Assembly: GCA_951406725.2 (NCBI GenBank)
Contig: OX597830.1
Coordinates: 45,322,001-45,386,000, forward strand
Direction: 5' to 3'
Length of the DNA stretch: 64,000 nucleotides
Source of the DNA: Octopus vulgaris
Taxonomy: Eukaryota
Shown here: one piece after another, positions 24,906 to 38,782 of the stretch
Layout: each line of letters starts with the position of its first letter
How positions within the stretch are numbered: position 1 is the first letter of the stretch
Notes under the pieces: model-generated
What the model was told of the DNA's origin: nothing
Seen by the model: only the letters and a program-made list of their open reading frames with translations
Database searches by the model: none
Position numbers and translations under genes: made by a program

Positions 24906-25994
24906 TAGTCTTACTGCACAGATACATTACAATTACGGGCTTTCGTTTCTGTTTATACCCTACAAAATTAGTGTGTTTACATTCAGTATATACAACTGTA
25001 TATATGCATATATTTTTATGTGTTTGTATTGTATTGATAGACGGATGAATACATATGTCTATGAAGATGTATTTCATTTTTTATCTGTATTTATTTGTAC
25101 ATTTATTCCACCACCAAAGTCTTCAACATCCAAGTCGCAACAGTGAAAGTTTGTTACATACATATTTCAGTGGATTCTCAAACATACACTTTATGACATT
25201 ATAACCATTCAACTAACTCGATATCACAAATTTATTATAACGGTACACATTACAGACCTCTACTCTTGTTTGGTATCAAAATACACAGAAATTCTGAATG
25301 GTTGACATGCGTGGATTTATTATGCTTTATATGAGTTAATTTCTATCTCAGTTCCAATAACATATGGAAATTATTACAATCTGCAAAGTATGGTTTTTAG
25401 CTTCGGTTTATTTCCTGGAAGTAAAAGGCAATGGCAGCGGCTTTAAGATAAAATTCAAAAATACTAAAACAAACATGTCTCAAGTTAAAACTCAAGTTAA
25501 AACTGAAAAAAGAACCATTGTGTACAGAAAACGGTTTTATTATTTTTTGTTCTTGTAATCATGTATATAGTTGTGTTTGCTCTACATCTTGGAGATTATT
25601 ACGCGAATACATACACAACGTAGATTCGTCGACATATGGTGACTTACAAAAAAATACTCATCGTGACTGAAATAAATAGAATAAATATTTTATGTATGTA
25701 TGTATGTATATATGATGGGTGTGCATGCATATGTCTCTGGGTGTGAATGTTTGTATTGTATTTATGTGTGTATTTACATACATCTATACGTGTGTGCGCG
25801 TGTGCATATATGTATGTGTATGTATGTGTGTGTATATATATATATACATATATATATATACATATACATATGTATATACACATGTATACTTCTTTTTTAT
25901 ATGAATGTGTTTATGTATAGGTATATAGATCACAAATACATGCATGTATACATATATAATACACACACAAATATACATATCACCCCATATATGC

Positions 25995-26058
<64 letters not shown>

Positions 26059-26866
26059 GTGTGTATGTTAAAAATGGTAGTTTATAATCATAAAAATAGA
26101 CAAGCATTATCCTTTATAATTAAGTTTAGCTGAACACGGTGCAGCAGTGTTTGTATTTCTAAAGTATATTTTTAAAACTATAACATTTGGAAACAATGAA
26201 AAGTTTAGAAAAAATGTTTGTAGTCTTACATCCTTTCTTGTAAAACATAACAGTGTTGTTCCGGGAATATAATAGTTTAGCATTATCCAGTTCATAATAG
26301 TAGTCAGAGTTAGTAAACTTTATTTATTTTTACGTGAGGATATTCTAAAACGTCTTCATCGGCAAATTTGTGTAACTTGTACAACGTATTTCCCGTGAAT
26401 TTAATATATATCCTGACTGATGACAGCTCACATTATTCCATGCATTAATATATTTATTCAATATATTCTACAACTGAGAAAAATAATTATCTCGATTGTT
26501 TAACTTTTAGAAATATATATTCAATATGTATCTGTACATATCTATTTAAAGTCAATACAAACAAGCTTGTTGCCGTGAATGCTGATGATAGAAACATAGA
26601 TATGTTTCTCTAATTTCTTTTGATGAGACAAAAGCCAACGCCTTCTAAGTTAGACATGCGATCAAAGATAGTCTTCTTTGCTCAACTGGTAGAGAGTAGT
26701 AGCAGGCCTGAAAGGGTGGGCTTTCTCATATTTCGGCGTAACAGGTGTTGAGTTGCAAAATAAGAATAACAGAAACAGAGATACATTTGTCAGTGAGAGG
26801 TAAATCCCTTGGTTTCGAGGGCCTGTCCAACAAGCTGTCGAGATACGTGCTTGACTTGTTCCGTTC

Positions 26867-27087
26867 TCAGATTAAACGCCTACATAAAGGCACTACTTGG
26901 TCTGTGAGTATTTGTCTGCACTGCTTCTGAATATGTTGCGGCTCTATCTCATTGCCTTTGTACGTGTTAACTCTTGAACAACTACTGAAGAAGTTTAATA
27001 TGTTTGGGGACATTTCTTTTGAACTGATTCGCGAGAAAGCCCTGTCGAAATACGCAGCTGTCATCATCGAGACGGTCTCCAACAACA
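26867..27087 (-). CDS. Candidate terminal exon, unidentified (LLETVSMMTAAYFDRAFSRISS...QCRQILTDQVVPLCRRLI*)
   Basis: Strong acceptor atttcatttttag, 73 open codons of unique balanced sequence ending in TGA. A competing plus-strand exon candidate overlaps it. Confidence 0.3.
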
Positions 27088-27374
27088 CTAAAAATGAAAT
27101 AGTACTGTACTAAAGGAGTACAAGGTAATAAAGGAGCACGAATTTATCCTGTTAAATCGGTAGTCTTGTAGCTTGGCATCTAGAGAGACCAGCGCATTCT
27201 GGCCAGCTTCATAAGTCGCTAGTCGGAAGAATATGCTAAGATATTCGGGGTCTGGTAAGTGCCACCAGTTCTAGTAAGTACTACCACTTCCTATGCAACT
27301 GGTTACAAAAGTTACAAAGAGCGAAGCCTTTTGTATGAAGATATCAGAAGTGAAGCAAAATTATTCGAGCGAGA

Positions 27375-28080
27375 GATGTAGTGTGCTGAAGTGTTTAGTC
27401 TGGCTTTTTGATTCTGGGGTCAAACCTCGCCGAGGTTAACTTTACTTTTCAGCATTTCGGGTCGATAAAATAAAGTACCAGTCAAGTACTAGAGTCAATA
27501 GTATTGACTATATCTTTTACTTTAAAACTTCTAACCTTGTGGCTAAATCATTATCATCACCATCATCACCATCATAATATTCATCGCCGTCGTTGTCGTC
27601 ATTATCATCATCAACATTATTATTATTGAACTTTGATAATTAAATTAACGTGCATGGGAGCTGTTCATAAAGAAGAGACAAACTTAACTAGAAATCTTTT
27701 GCACCGGAGGCCGATTTGCTGCTCACACGTCACTCTCAGCAATAAGTAATATCTATACAATGTTGTGCAAAGGTGAGTGGAAAGCAAAGATCTCACAGTA
27801 ACTTTACTGAATTGCAGTAAATAATGTATCTATCATCCCATTTTCGTAAAACAGGAATGCTATATTTATCATACAAATGTAAATATAACAAAGATAGTTT
27901 CAAATTTTGGCACAAGGCCTGCAAGTTCGAGTGGTGTTCAATTGGCATATATTTTAACGACTCCGAAAAGATGAAAAGCAAAGTCGATCTCGGCAGAATT
28001 TGAACTAAGAACATGAAGACGAACGAGTACCGTTCAGCCATTTGCCCGACGCACTAAAACAATTGTTAGCTCGCAACTTT
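27375..28080. mobile_element. Two decayed family B SINEs in opposite orientation (about 27375-27550 +, about 27890-28080 -)
   Basis: Conserved gtcgataaaataaagtaccag and aaagtcgatctcggcagaatttgaact segments. Confidence 0.65.
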
Positions 28081-28299
28081 TCATTTCCCTACAAGGTGTT
28101 GATGTACTCTCAAAGAGGATTGGGCCAATCCAATTCCAAAACCACATTCTGGTCAGGTGAAATCCTCGCCTTAACTATATTCACCATGCTCGTCTTTCAT
28201 GAAATTTGTTGGAGAAAGTAGTTCTGTCTTAAACTTCACTTTCTGCCTTAAGAAAAAGTTGAAGTTTTGACCGAAGCCCTGTTTTCAGTCCTTTGAACA

Positions 28300-28830
28300 T
28301 TTCCTAACTTCGTCCAGCATACTAGCTTTTTCGTTATAGTTACCAAGCAAGGGAAAACAGTTTACTCTTTCTTACCAAAGAAGGCTGTCGGTTGAACTCA
28401 GTGGTTTCTGTACAAAGCTAGATACCTATTACGCACCCTCACAGCTATTCCACACGATTTCATAAATCGACATACCACGAGCACCAAACGACTGAGTGTA
28501 GGAGGGTTTCGCCGTGTCCCCGACATTTTTACAGGACAGGTTGATACTAATGTTGTTCAGTGCATCCTCGTCGACTCCCAGAACAACCACAAAAACTTCC
28601 TTGTTCATAATCTGCATTAATACTTATTGAAATTCAAGATTTAACACTGCGTCATCCACGCTGTCCAGTCGTTAAAATGCTGTGAGCGCCTGGTGTTACT
28701 CTAGATTCCGAGAATCCCTTATCAGTATACGCTTGACCAGATATGGCAGCTTAGTTAAAGGAGTGAGGTATAAGGAACGGGTGTCTGACTATCGATGACC
28801 ACATTTGCAGAAATCTGTTTTGATGAATCA
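28300..28830 (-). mobile_element. Highly decayed LINE RT remnant
   Basis: Minus translation HQALTAF*RLDSVDDAV...KEVFVVVLGVDEDALNNIS...SLLW resembles the RT pattern QHGF...ST.DA...FLDI.GAFDNV...LSPLLW. Confidence 0.4.
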
Positions 28831-30410
28831 GCTCAGCATATCACCGCATTCTGAACACCGTTGTGGGTATTAGCAATAGATGAGTTTTCTGGTGAAAAAA
28901 AAACAAACTTCTTTCTTCAAGAAACAGAATAACAGATGCTCTGATCTCGGCAGCATTTCCTGTGGCTGGCAACGTTGGGAACAAATTTAAGAGGGAAATA
29001 GAGACACGAAAAGTGGAGGAACGGTTTTAAAAGAAAAATTGAAAGAACTAACAAAAGTAAAAAGAAGAGAAACAAACATCAGAACAGTCGAGAATGAAGA
29101 GATAAAAAGTAACATAAAAAAGGAAAAAGAAGAAATGAAAATAAAAAAAAACACCGAACCAAGGTAGACAAGTAGTAGCCTGAAGCGTTGTTAGTCCTTG
29201 GGGTTATTGTAGATATGCTGACATTTGATATAAATGAATAACATTACATGAGCTTTTTATAATTAATATGATTTGCATTGACAGGGAAGTTTTCCTGACC
29301 ATGTAAATACTCAAGTTTACTTAAACCAGTATGACCTCATTATCCTAATAATATTTTGAAATTTGTTCATGTTTTTAACGTGAAAGAAAAATGTTTAGCA
29401 TCGGTTGCAGGTCGGACAAATTAAACATTAATTTGTTTTAGTGTATGCAGTACAGAAGTTCAACAGTAACTAGAATAGTGAGAGATAAGAGGAGACACAT
29501 TGCCAGCGAAGCAATAGAAAATATATAAATACTTCAGTTAAAACCGTTGTTTTTTGTTTTTTTATGGTCTTACATTTTCGTGGAATCTAAGAAACTTAGA
29601 AACGCAATGGTTCTTCTTTCATTTAACATTTACACAACCTATAAATATTTGCCGAAACCTGGCAATTTTAATAGAATTACTAAACTCGATAACTCCAGGG
29701 CATATCACGTAAATGTTGTACACTAATTGTCAAATGTATGTCAGCATAGACATAGCTGGGTGTTTAAGTTTCCCACGCAACTACGTGGTTTCGGGTTCAA
29801 TTCATCTGAGCGTCTTCCACAATAGCTTTGTTTCAGCAAATACATCGTTAATTAAATTTAGAAGACAAAAACAATACTGAATTCCATCACAAGTACCGTT
29901 CTGCCGTTCTGTTCTCTCTGTGTCTTTAATGGAGCCCACTTCGTCGTCAGTTTTGAAGACAACCGTCTGATGATAACTTCCTCCCACTGGCCTTGGGAGC
30001 TTCCTTTTTTCTGACTAATGTCAGAAAATTTGTTTTAAAACAACAAAAAATGAATTTCAGATATCATCTACACAGGATAGAACGATTAAATAATGGTGAC
30101 TCTACTGAAGTGGATGATATTTAACCGAGTCGAAATTATCTTTCCCCTATTAAATACATCGTACTCGTACATCACAACATTGTTTAAGATTAACATTTAA
30201 TAACTCTACATTGTTATACTCTGCTACAGAACTATTTTGTCATTTCGAAATTGTCATTACATAATTTCCTGACAATGATTGATTAAAATAAGCATTTTTG
30301 GAACTGTGAGTGTGTGAGTGTATGCGTATGTATGTATATATATATATGCATTAACCTAGATACGTACATACGTGTGTGTAAATGTATACAACCATATATA
30401 TATATATATA

Positions 30411-30464
<54 letters not shown>

Positions 30465-33352
30465 ATAGAAACATTCATACACAGAATAATGGAGTAAAAG
30501 TCAAGATAACTGTGTGTACGCGCGCATGTAAATGCGTAAGTGTGAATGAGTGCGCGCGCAAGTGCATACATACATACGTTTCCGTATTTATATAAGTTCT
30601 TCGTCTCAATTAGAGTAGAAGCTAGCAGCAGATAAAAACGTGTCTGGGTGTATGGTTGGGGTGGAGTTGTGATAGCCATGTGGAAGGAACATTAACAGTG
30701 CTAAGAAGAAACCACTTCAGTCAAAACGACATCTGCTCTGACATTACACATTTTTAATCCGTCTGGCCGTCGTCTCGGGAAATATATTTATATATATTTT
30801 GTCTACGGGGTGCTTCTTCCGCAAACAGCGAAAAGGGATGGAATTTATTGTCTGGCAACAAATATAAAAGGGGTTCAACTTTCGGGTTGCTCCATAATAT
30901 TATACTCTTATTTATTTATAATCATTAATATCGTTAAACTAATTTTATTTCAACAGGAAAATTTTGTTGGTATCGTTATGACAGCTCTTGGATTGATGGA
31001 TAGCAGAATCGGTATAGCATTATTTAGCTACATATTTCTCCGTTCAGAGATCAAATCCCGTCATGGCTGACTTTCGCTTTTATTCTTCAGGAGTCGATGG
31101 AATAAAAAAGTGCTGGAGAAGTTCATCGATTTAGCCTCTATCCCGTATCTCAAAATTCTAGGTCTTGTGTCTAAGGTAAAATATTTTTTAAAGAAAGTAG
31201 TTTACGGGGAAAGCAGCGAATCCACTATTTTTCCACTGCAGCCACAACACATGAATTGTGGTTTCCGAGTATCCATCTCTCTCCTTTCCACCAAAACTTT
31301 TAGAAACTCTGAAAAGAACCATAACAGTTGTTCTTGCTCCTTTGATTAATCCACAATAATGAAACGATAAACTATCAAACTTTTAGTGATTATATCTTTC
31401 TGATCTGAGATCGACTTTTGTAACATAGCAACTATACTTTTCAACTGAAGATTGATAAGCCCCATCTCCTGTAAATCAATGGTATGGCATTGGAATGATT
31501 CTAATGCGAGTGAGTGGGATTAAATAATTCCACGTGCAAATAGTTTGGTCATATCTTTCTGTGGTACACACTGCTATTATAATGCATTACGCGAGACAAG
31601 AACCTGGTCAATGAAGAGTGCGATGAGATTGCTGTTACTCATATTTATACGTTTGATAAAAGCTGTTTCCTCTAAATTTCTATTTACCTTTACAAAAATG
31701 TTATTTGACAATTTTTTCTTCGGCGGCGTGTACGTGCGTGTGTGTGTATGTGTGTGGTGTGTGTGTGTTTTGAATGAAATAGTCCTCTACACACCGTGTC
31801 TTCGACTTCACTTTGTTTCCCTGTCAAAGTATTTTCCTAAAGCCTGCAATTTGGTTGAAGTTACAAAGCGTCAGAATAAATATGGAAAATAATTTCGTTT
31901 TTGTATTTCTCTGAATTCATTTAAGACAAAACAGATTTTGCATTTCGTTACTTCGAAATAGGTTAACTAAGCATCAGCTGAAGAAAGATTAAATGCGAAA
32001 TATCGGCCTAAGAATGAATTAAGAAACCAATATTAAGGCATTTTGCGAAAGTGACTCATACTTTACACGCTCGACTAGTTTCAATACTTTCTATGATGAA
32101 ATCTTACAGAAATCCATTTTGTTTTCTAAACTATTGGTATCTCACGATGAACACGAGTAACTGATTTAAAGGGTTTGCTTTATACTTTGGGAAAATAAAT
32201 CCAGAAATGAGTTGGCAACACATTGAAGCGTTTTCACTTCACATGCAACAATCTAATCGCCTAATATAAAATTCTATTTCTCTATAAGTTTGAGTCTTAC
32301 GCCTAACCCCGGACACACCAATAATAATTTCTTTCTAAATAGCATCACAATTTTCTTTGAATGAGTTTATTTTCTATACAAAAACAAGATTCGTATTAAA
32401 GTAACATCGGCTTCAATGTCAACAGGATAAATAGTACATCGTCACTATCCGCTAGAAATGGCAGCCAACGTTGCATCCTATCATCTTAAAATAGAATATA
32501 TTGAATTATGGTGCTCGACTTACTAGAAAGAGCTGAAAAGTCTCCCTCAAATCATACAATTTTTCTAAGAACAGTATATATTGGCTAAAGTAGCTTTGGT
32601 TGCGGCGTGCTAAGAGACGGGATGGCCATGGATGGAAACGTTTCGTCATAGATCTGCTCGATCAGAGTTAAACTAAGGTTAAACAACAACGAGAACATTT
32701 TTTGCGATCTCATACAAAGTAAACCTCGCCATTGAATTCTATAAATAATTGCTATTTGTCGAGCAATGCACGTGGTTAGCATACAATATTCCATTCAAAA
32801 CACAAAGGCATCTCATGTTCCAAGTAGAACGAATGTAGAAATCAGGAGAGAAAAGTGGAATTTTAGTTAAACAGCATTATTCTTTATATCCTGCAGTAAC
32901 AGGGAGCTCAGTCCTACCCTACAGGCACTTGATAGGAGTGTTTATGGTCCTGATATTGAAATTTTACCCTAAATCAATATCAGCATCATCATATTTTATT
33001 CAGCTGAAAATGGCTCAAAGCATGGTCAATTTTTGTTCTGTAAAGAGATTGACAGGTTGGTCATGATTACAATCTATGCTCAAGTTTTACTGTTAAATCC
33101 TTGTCCAGCGATCACTAAATATAATTGAAAATCTAAAATCAATTATTCAAATTACAATTCGTAAGGAAACTAGATTCGGGTTCCTTGGTGGTCTAAATAG
33201 ACGAGGCAACGATCTATACTTTCAGTATAAAATGTTCAACTCGAATCTACCGAAATATCGGAAAACAGAAATAAACACAAACGTAAATAATTTTTTTTAA
33301 ATATTAAAAAGAAAATTAAAATTACTTTATGCCTGTATTAAAGTAAAAAGCA

Positions 33353-33734
33353 GTGGAGGCGCAATGGCCCAGTGGTTAGGGCAGCGGTCATAGGATCGTG
33401 GTTTCGATTCCCAGACCAGGCGTTGTGAGTGTTTATTGAGCGAAAACACCTAAAGCTCCACGAGGCTCCGGCAGGGGATGGTGGTGATCCCTGCTGTACT
33501 CTTTCACCACAACTTTCTCTCACTCTTATTTCCTGTTTCTGTTGTACCTGTATTTCAAAGGGCCGGCCTTGTCACTCTATGTGTCACGCTGAATATCCCC
33601 AAGAACTACGTTTATGGTACACGTGTCTGTGGAGTGCTCAGTCACTTACACGTTAATTTCACGAGCAGGCTGTTCCATTGATTCGGATCAACCGGAACCC
33701 TCGTCGTCGTAACCGACGGAGTGCTTCCATCCAT
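33353..33734 (+). mobile_element. tRNA-derived SINE, family C, full length with TSD
   Basis: Head gtggaggcgcaatggcccagtggttagggcagcgg...ggtttcgattccc. TSD agtaaaa(a)gca at 33342-33352 and 33735-33744. Copies at 46826 and 49828. Confidence 0.88.
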
Positions 33735-35032
33735 AGTAAAAGCATATAATGAAGGCGTGTTAATGGCGTAGCAATAATTTCATCGGTGCATCAACAAAGG
33801 TTACGAAGGTTCGTTTCCCATTTACGCTCACATTTTATCAGATTTCTCGTTAGTTTTGTGTGTGTAAGTCTGTGTATTTGTATGTGTCTGTGTGTATATA
33901 TGAGTGTACATATAGTGGTGTATGGCTACGCTGTATGCAATGGCGGGATAAAAATTTGAATATGTATTGTGTTGATAATTTGCGTTACGTTAATGATTTT
34001 TACATGTAAATATGATAATAAACAAAGTATACAAATGCTCTGTATTAATATCGGTAATCGTCCTGACAACGTTCGTTGCGAATTCGCTGAAAGTGAATTG
34101 ATTGGCGAGAAATAACTGCCAATTGTACAACGTTTGACTCAATTGGTCTGAGTGAAAGAGAGATTGTTGCAATTTTCAGTAAAGTTATTATGCATACATG
34201 TTGTTATATTTGTTAGAATTATATGTAGCTATATGAGAAAATGTATTTACGAAGTTAGAAAAAATATGGCAAGAAATATATTTTTATGCGAAAGTTTGTG
34301 AACAGTTCAGTAAAACTGCCTGATATTGGGCCAAAGCGTACAGCTACGATAAGAGGCTTGGCTTGAAAAGATTCGGCAAACGTAGATGCTACTGTTATTT
34401 CTATTTTAAATCTAAATATATACATATTATTTAGCTTGAGACTGTACCAAATCCTGTAGGCGTGATGATGGTGATGGTGGTGATTAGTGCTCGTAATAAT
34501 GATTACTCTGCTGGACATTGTGATGATGGACTTAGTGGAAAACAGTTGGAGTAATGAAATTAGTCGGACATATGTGGAGGATTGGCTTTTTTTAAAGTTT
34601 TATTTTGCTCTCTATTTCCATGAATGTAGAGAATGTTATCAGAGGTTTGGCTCTCTGATATTTCCTGCTCGTTGTTATTTAAATCTGATTCTATTTATCT
34701 GTCTGGCAGAAAATAACGCTTGGGTCTATACTACTACCACTAACTACTACTACTACTACTACTACCATCACCACAACGGCAACGGATAACTAATGACTAT
34801 CTAAATTTTAGTTGTCACTGTAGAGCAGGAAAATAATAAAATCGAATGTTCACAATTACAAATTTGAAACCAATAAGTTTTTTTCAGCAAAAGCTTTATA
34901 CGCCCCTGAGTTCGTTGAAAACATATTTCCTTCACTAATAAAATATTGGTTCAGCCTTCGAGAGAAAATTTGCCTAGTGGAATACGACAACCGTCTGATC
35001 CAGAGGTGTCAAAATTCAAAACGAGTGGGAGG

Positions 35033-35064
<32 letters not shown>

Positions 35065-35082
35065 CATCATCATCATCATCAT

Positions 35083-36008
35083 CTCAGGTTTTGTTGTAAC
35101 TCTTGGAGTCATGCTTGCTGCCTGCGGTACCATGATATCCGTTTCTTTCAGCTATCTAATACTTTCCTGATTATTCTAGCCGTGTCAAGGAAGCAAACCT
35201 TTTGTAACAGTTCTACTGGGCACTTTTCTGATTTCTTTTATATCCCTTTTCATGCTTTCTGATGCTGATCCCAAGGACCCAATAATAACTGGCACTCTCT
35301 TCACCTTCATTTTCGTACTTAAGAGGATTATATATATATATATATATTCGCCTTCCTTCTTGACTATTCGTAGGTTAAGGGGGCACGCAACATCAGCTAT
35401 ATAGCACATGTGATGCACCTTGTCCACTACCACTAGGTCCGGTCTGTTATGCTCTAGCAGCTGATTTGTTTGGACTGGGAAATCTCAGTGGATTTTGCTA
35501 GTCTCCGACTCCGCCACTCTCTGCGGTTTGTGTTCATACCACGTCTTGCCTCTCTCTAGCCCCCACTTTTCTTTTCATACAGTTTCCAATGTAGCACTTC
35601 CGCTACCTGATCGTGTCGCCACAACTTGTAGTGGTTTTGGGCAAGTCTAGGGCATTCGTTCGTGATATGCGCAATGGTTTCATTCACTCTATTACAGATG
35701 CAACACAGTAGACACACTTGCTCATTCCTGAGGTTGAGCCTCCAATTCGTGGCCAAAGCTTGGTCTTGCGCTGCCAATATCGTGCTCTCGGTCTTTTTGT
35801 TCAGTGTTCCTTTCTTTAGCCAATACTACATGTGCTTTCCAGCAACTTCTGTTGTGGTTACATGGAATTGATTCTGTAGTCCCTTCTTGAGTAATGCTAA
35901 CTCATGTCCTTTTTGTACTTCTTACTTTGTTTTTCCCCTTTTCTCTGCTTTCAGTACTCCATCACTCCTGACATTAGCAAGGTTTCCTTACTTTGAGATA
36001 GGTATCTC
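35083..36008 (-). mobile_element. 5'-truncated R4/Dong-clade LINE in (TAA)n
   Basis: Motifs AAQDQALATN, CCIC...ETIAHITNECPRLAQ..YK.WRHDQVA, RPDLVVVDK...CYIADVACP and VPVIIGSLG. (ATT)n on both sides. Confidence 0.88.
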
Positions 36009-36209
36009 ATTATTATTATTTTGGTTTGGCTTAGGTTTGGTCTTATTCCTGGTAAGAATTATGCAGAAAAAAGGTTACTGCCTGTAGCCTTAGGTATCCA
36101 CAAGTTTTCAGCAGTGTTTAAAGTGCTTAGCTCCCTCCTGATAATTATTGCTGTCCCTTAGAGACAAACTTTCTGTAGGGGCTCTATCGGGCATTCTATT
36201 TCAATCTCC

Positions 36210-36715
36210 GTCAGCCAACTAGTATTCTATCGACTCCAAAAGAATGAAAGGCAAAGTCGATCTGGGCAGAATTTAAAACCAGAAGGCAAAGACGGTCAGA
36301 ATGCCACTCGGCAGTTTGCCTGGAGTGTTCACGATTCAGCCAGCTCACCGCCTTCTTTTTGCATATAATATTGGTTTCAAATGTTGGTACAAGGCCAGCA
36401 ATTTCGCAGGTAGGGGGTAAATCGGTTACATTGACCCCAATGCTCAACTAGATTTATTTTATCGAACCCGAAAGGATGAAAAGTAAAATCGACATTAGCG
36501 CTTTTTGTAATTAAATATTCTTTTCTACTCTAGGCACAAGGCCCGAAATTTGGGGGAGAGGGAGCCAGTCGATTAGATCAACCCCAGTACGCAACTGGTA
36601 CTTAATTTATCGACCCCGAAAGGATGAAAGGCAAATTCGACCTCAGCGGAATTTGAACTCAGAACGTAAAAACAGACGAAATACCAGCGTGCTAACGGTT
36701 CTGCCAGCTCGCCGA
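36210..36715 (-). mobile_element. Cluster of about three family B SINE copies/fragments
   Basis: Repeated cgacccc-gaaaggatgaaaggcaaagtcgac segments at about 36230, 36465 and 36610. Confidence 0.8.
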
Positions 36716-38746
36716 TTTGCTTTTTGTATATAATATTGAAACTAAATGCTTTCTAGCCTCGCAAGTATTAAATTATGTCTAGAACAATATACAAAACAAC
36801 TTTAACATACACAAGATATTTCAAATGTGTTTGTCTTCAACAATATAGGTTTGGCAACTTTCTGATTATCAACGCTACACCAATATTATCTTAGGACAAC
36901 ATTCAACAATCATTATCGTTTAATAAAGTTACTCAAACAACCAGCTTCAATGTAAACCTCATTTCGCTTTGCATCCGACAAGTCAATAATATTTAAACTT
37001 CGAAGAAGACTAACTTGAGTAACATAATACTGTAAATGTCGTTTTCTCAAGTCACAATCAACATCAATTAGTTAAAGATAATCAGGGTTTCTGGGTTATT
37101 TTTATAAGAGTCCAGAATATAATTTAGAAAAGGGCTGACAGATACAACATTTAAATATTGGTACTTCTTTTTTTTATCATTGCCTGGGGAAATTGGGGGA
37201 TTATTTCTATCCCGTTTTTAATTATTTTCATCCTTCCTGAAGTGTTGAGTCTAATATTTGGATACCTTCAACAAGACGACATCGGAGAGCTTAAGGACTA
37301 ACTTAACTTTACAGTCCAACATTTTCTTGATATAAAAAAAAACATTCGGAAGATAAAGTTTTACTTTTTCTGGTCGCTAGATGGAGCCATTGTTTTATTT
37401 CTCGAATTTCTGTTTCCATTCCACAAACCAAATACGGATTTATCATCACTACCAGTACATACTTCTCTTTGACAGGTACCATCAAACTTTTCTTTCCCCC
37501 GTCCGCCTCTCTCTCTCTCTCTCTCTATACATACATACATACATACTTACATGTGTATGTATACATGTATGTATTATAAACACACATGCATATACCTGTT
37601 TCTCTCTCTCTTTACCCTATAACTCTCCCCATCTGTGTCTTTCTCTTTCCTATCCCTCTTTCACCGACTTATTTCTCCCTTTATACATTTTATCGAGTTA
37701 CTGTTATCTTATGAATTTCTTTTTCCCTCAGATCATCGAGAAAAGGGGAATACTGAGCTGGCCAGAGACAAAGAACCAGAACGATATACCATATGACTAT
37801 GTCGAGAAATATAGGATATGAGAACCAAATATTTTTCTATGGTTCCACTTTAGCTGATAGTTAAAGAATAACATTTTATATAAGTTTAACAAAAGATAAT
37901 ATTGAGCGCGTCGCCAACAACTATGGCAAGACATAGAATCAGTTATTCCAGCACCCGATGGCGTTGTAGGGGAGAAAGAACCAATTAATTTGGGGAAAGG
38001 CTGTGTAAGGTTTATGATTGTTAAGTGGCAACGATAACATCAACAAAAGAGACAGCACTTGGGAAGTAGATGGCAGCATGTGACAAAATCAAAGTTTAAT
38101 TGGTCAAGCAAAATTGTGGCATTAAACTAGTACACAGCCTTGGCCTTTGTACTGCGTAAAGTAGTTTGCTTCACTTTATTATCGCTGCTACATCTACAAG
38201 GAAATCTCTTTCACTCTACCAAACGTCTCTCTGCATCATATGCTAGTGTTCATTCTTCAAATCTCAATACAACTTATTTTCCTCATATAGAACAGTAGAT
38301 AACATTTTCATTCCTTCATCCTTTTATTTTTCAAACATTTTACCATAGTAAGAAATTGTCCACTAAATATCCCTTACTCTCCGAGAGGAATTCTACGTTA
38401 CTCATTGTCGCTGAGTCTCCTGGGAGATTAAAGATGTTATCTCCATTCATGCTGACCTGTCTATCAAAGTAGACAGAATTAGCTACAGTTGAAAACTCGA
38501 CCAGCAACATGTGGCGGCTGATAATAATTGGCCTTTTCTAAACACAAACTTTTATCTTAAAGGGTATATATCTTCCTTGAACACTGCATGCATCGTATAT
38601 CGATTTTTTTTTTCATGTAGGCACAGCGAAAAAGTGAAAAGGGGAATAAATAAAAGAGTCTGTGGAAAGTTCAAACCTTTCTCAACCTTTAACAGCATAA
38701 GTAAGGGGGAAATGTCAGCAGTCAAGAATATGATTAAATTTCAAAC

Positions 38747-38782
<36 letters not shown>

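Noticed and set aside
33353-33420. tRNA-like sequences in SINE heads
   Set aside because: They have A/B boxes but no complete cloverleaf and continue into SINE bodies, so they are not tRNA genes.
37731-37821. Plus-strand acceptor ttttccctcag followed by a 29-codon frame
   Set aside because: Short, no recognisable homology, no partner exon identified, and the upstream pyrimidine tract is low-complexity.
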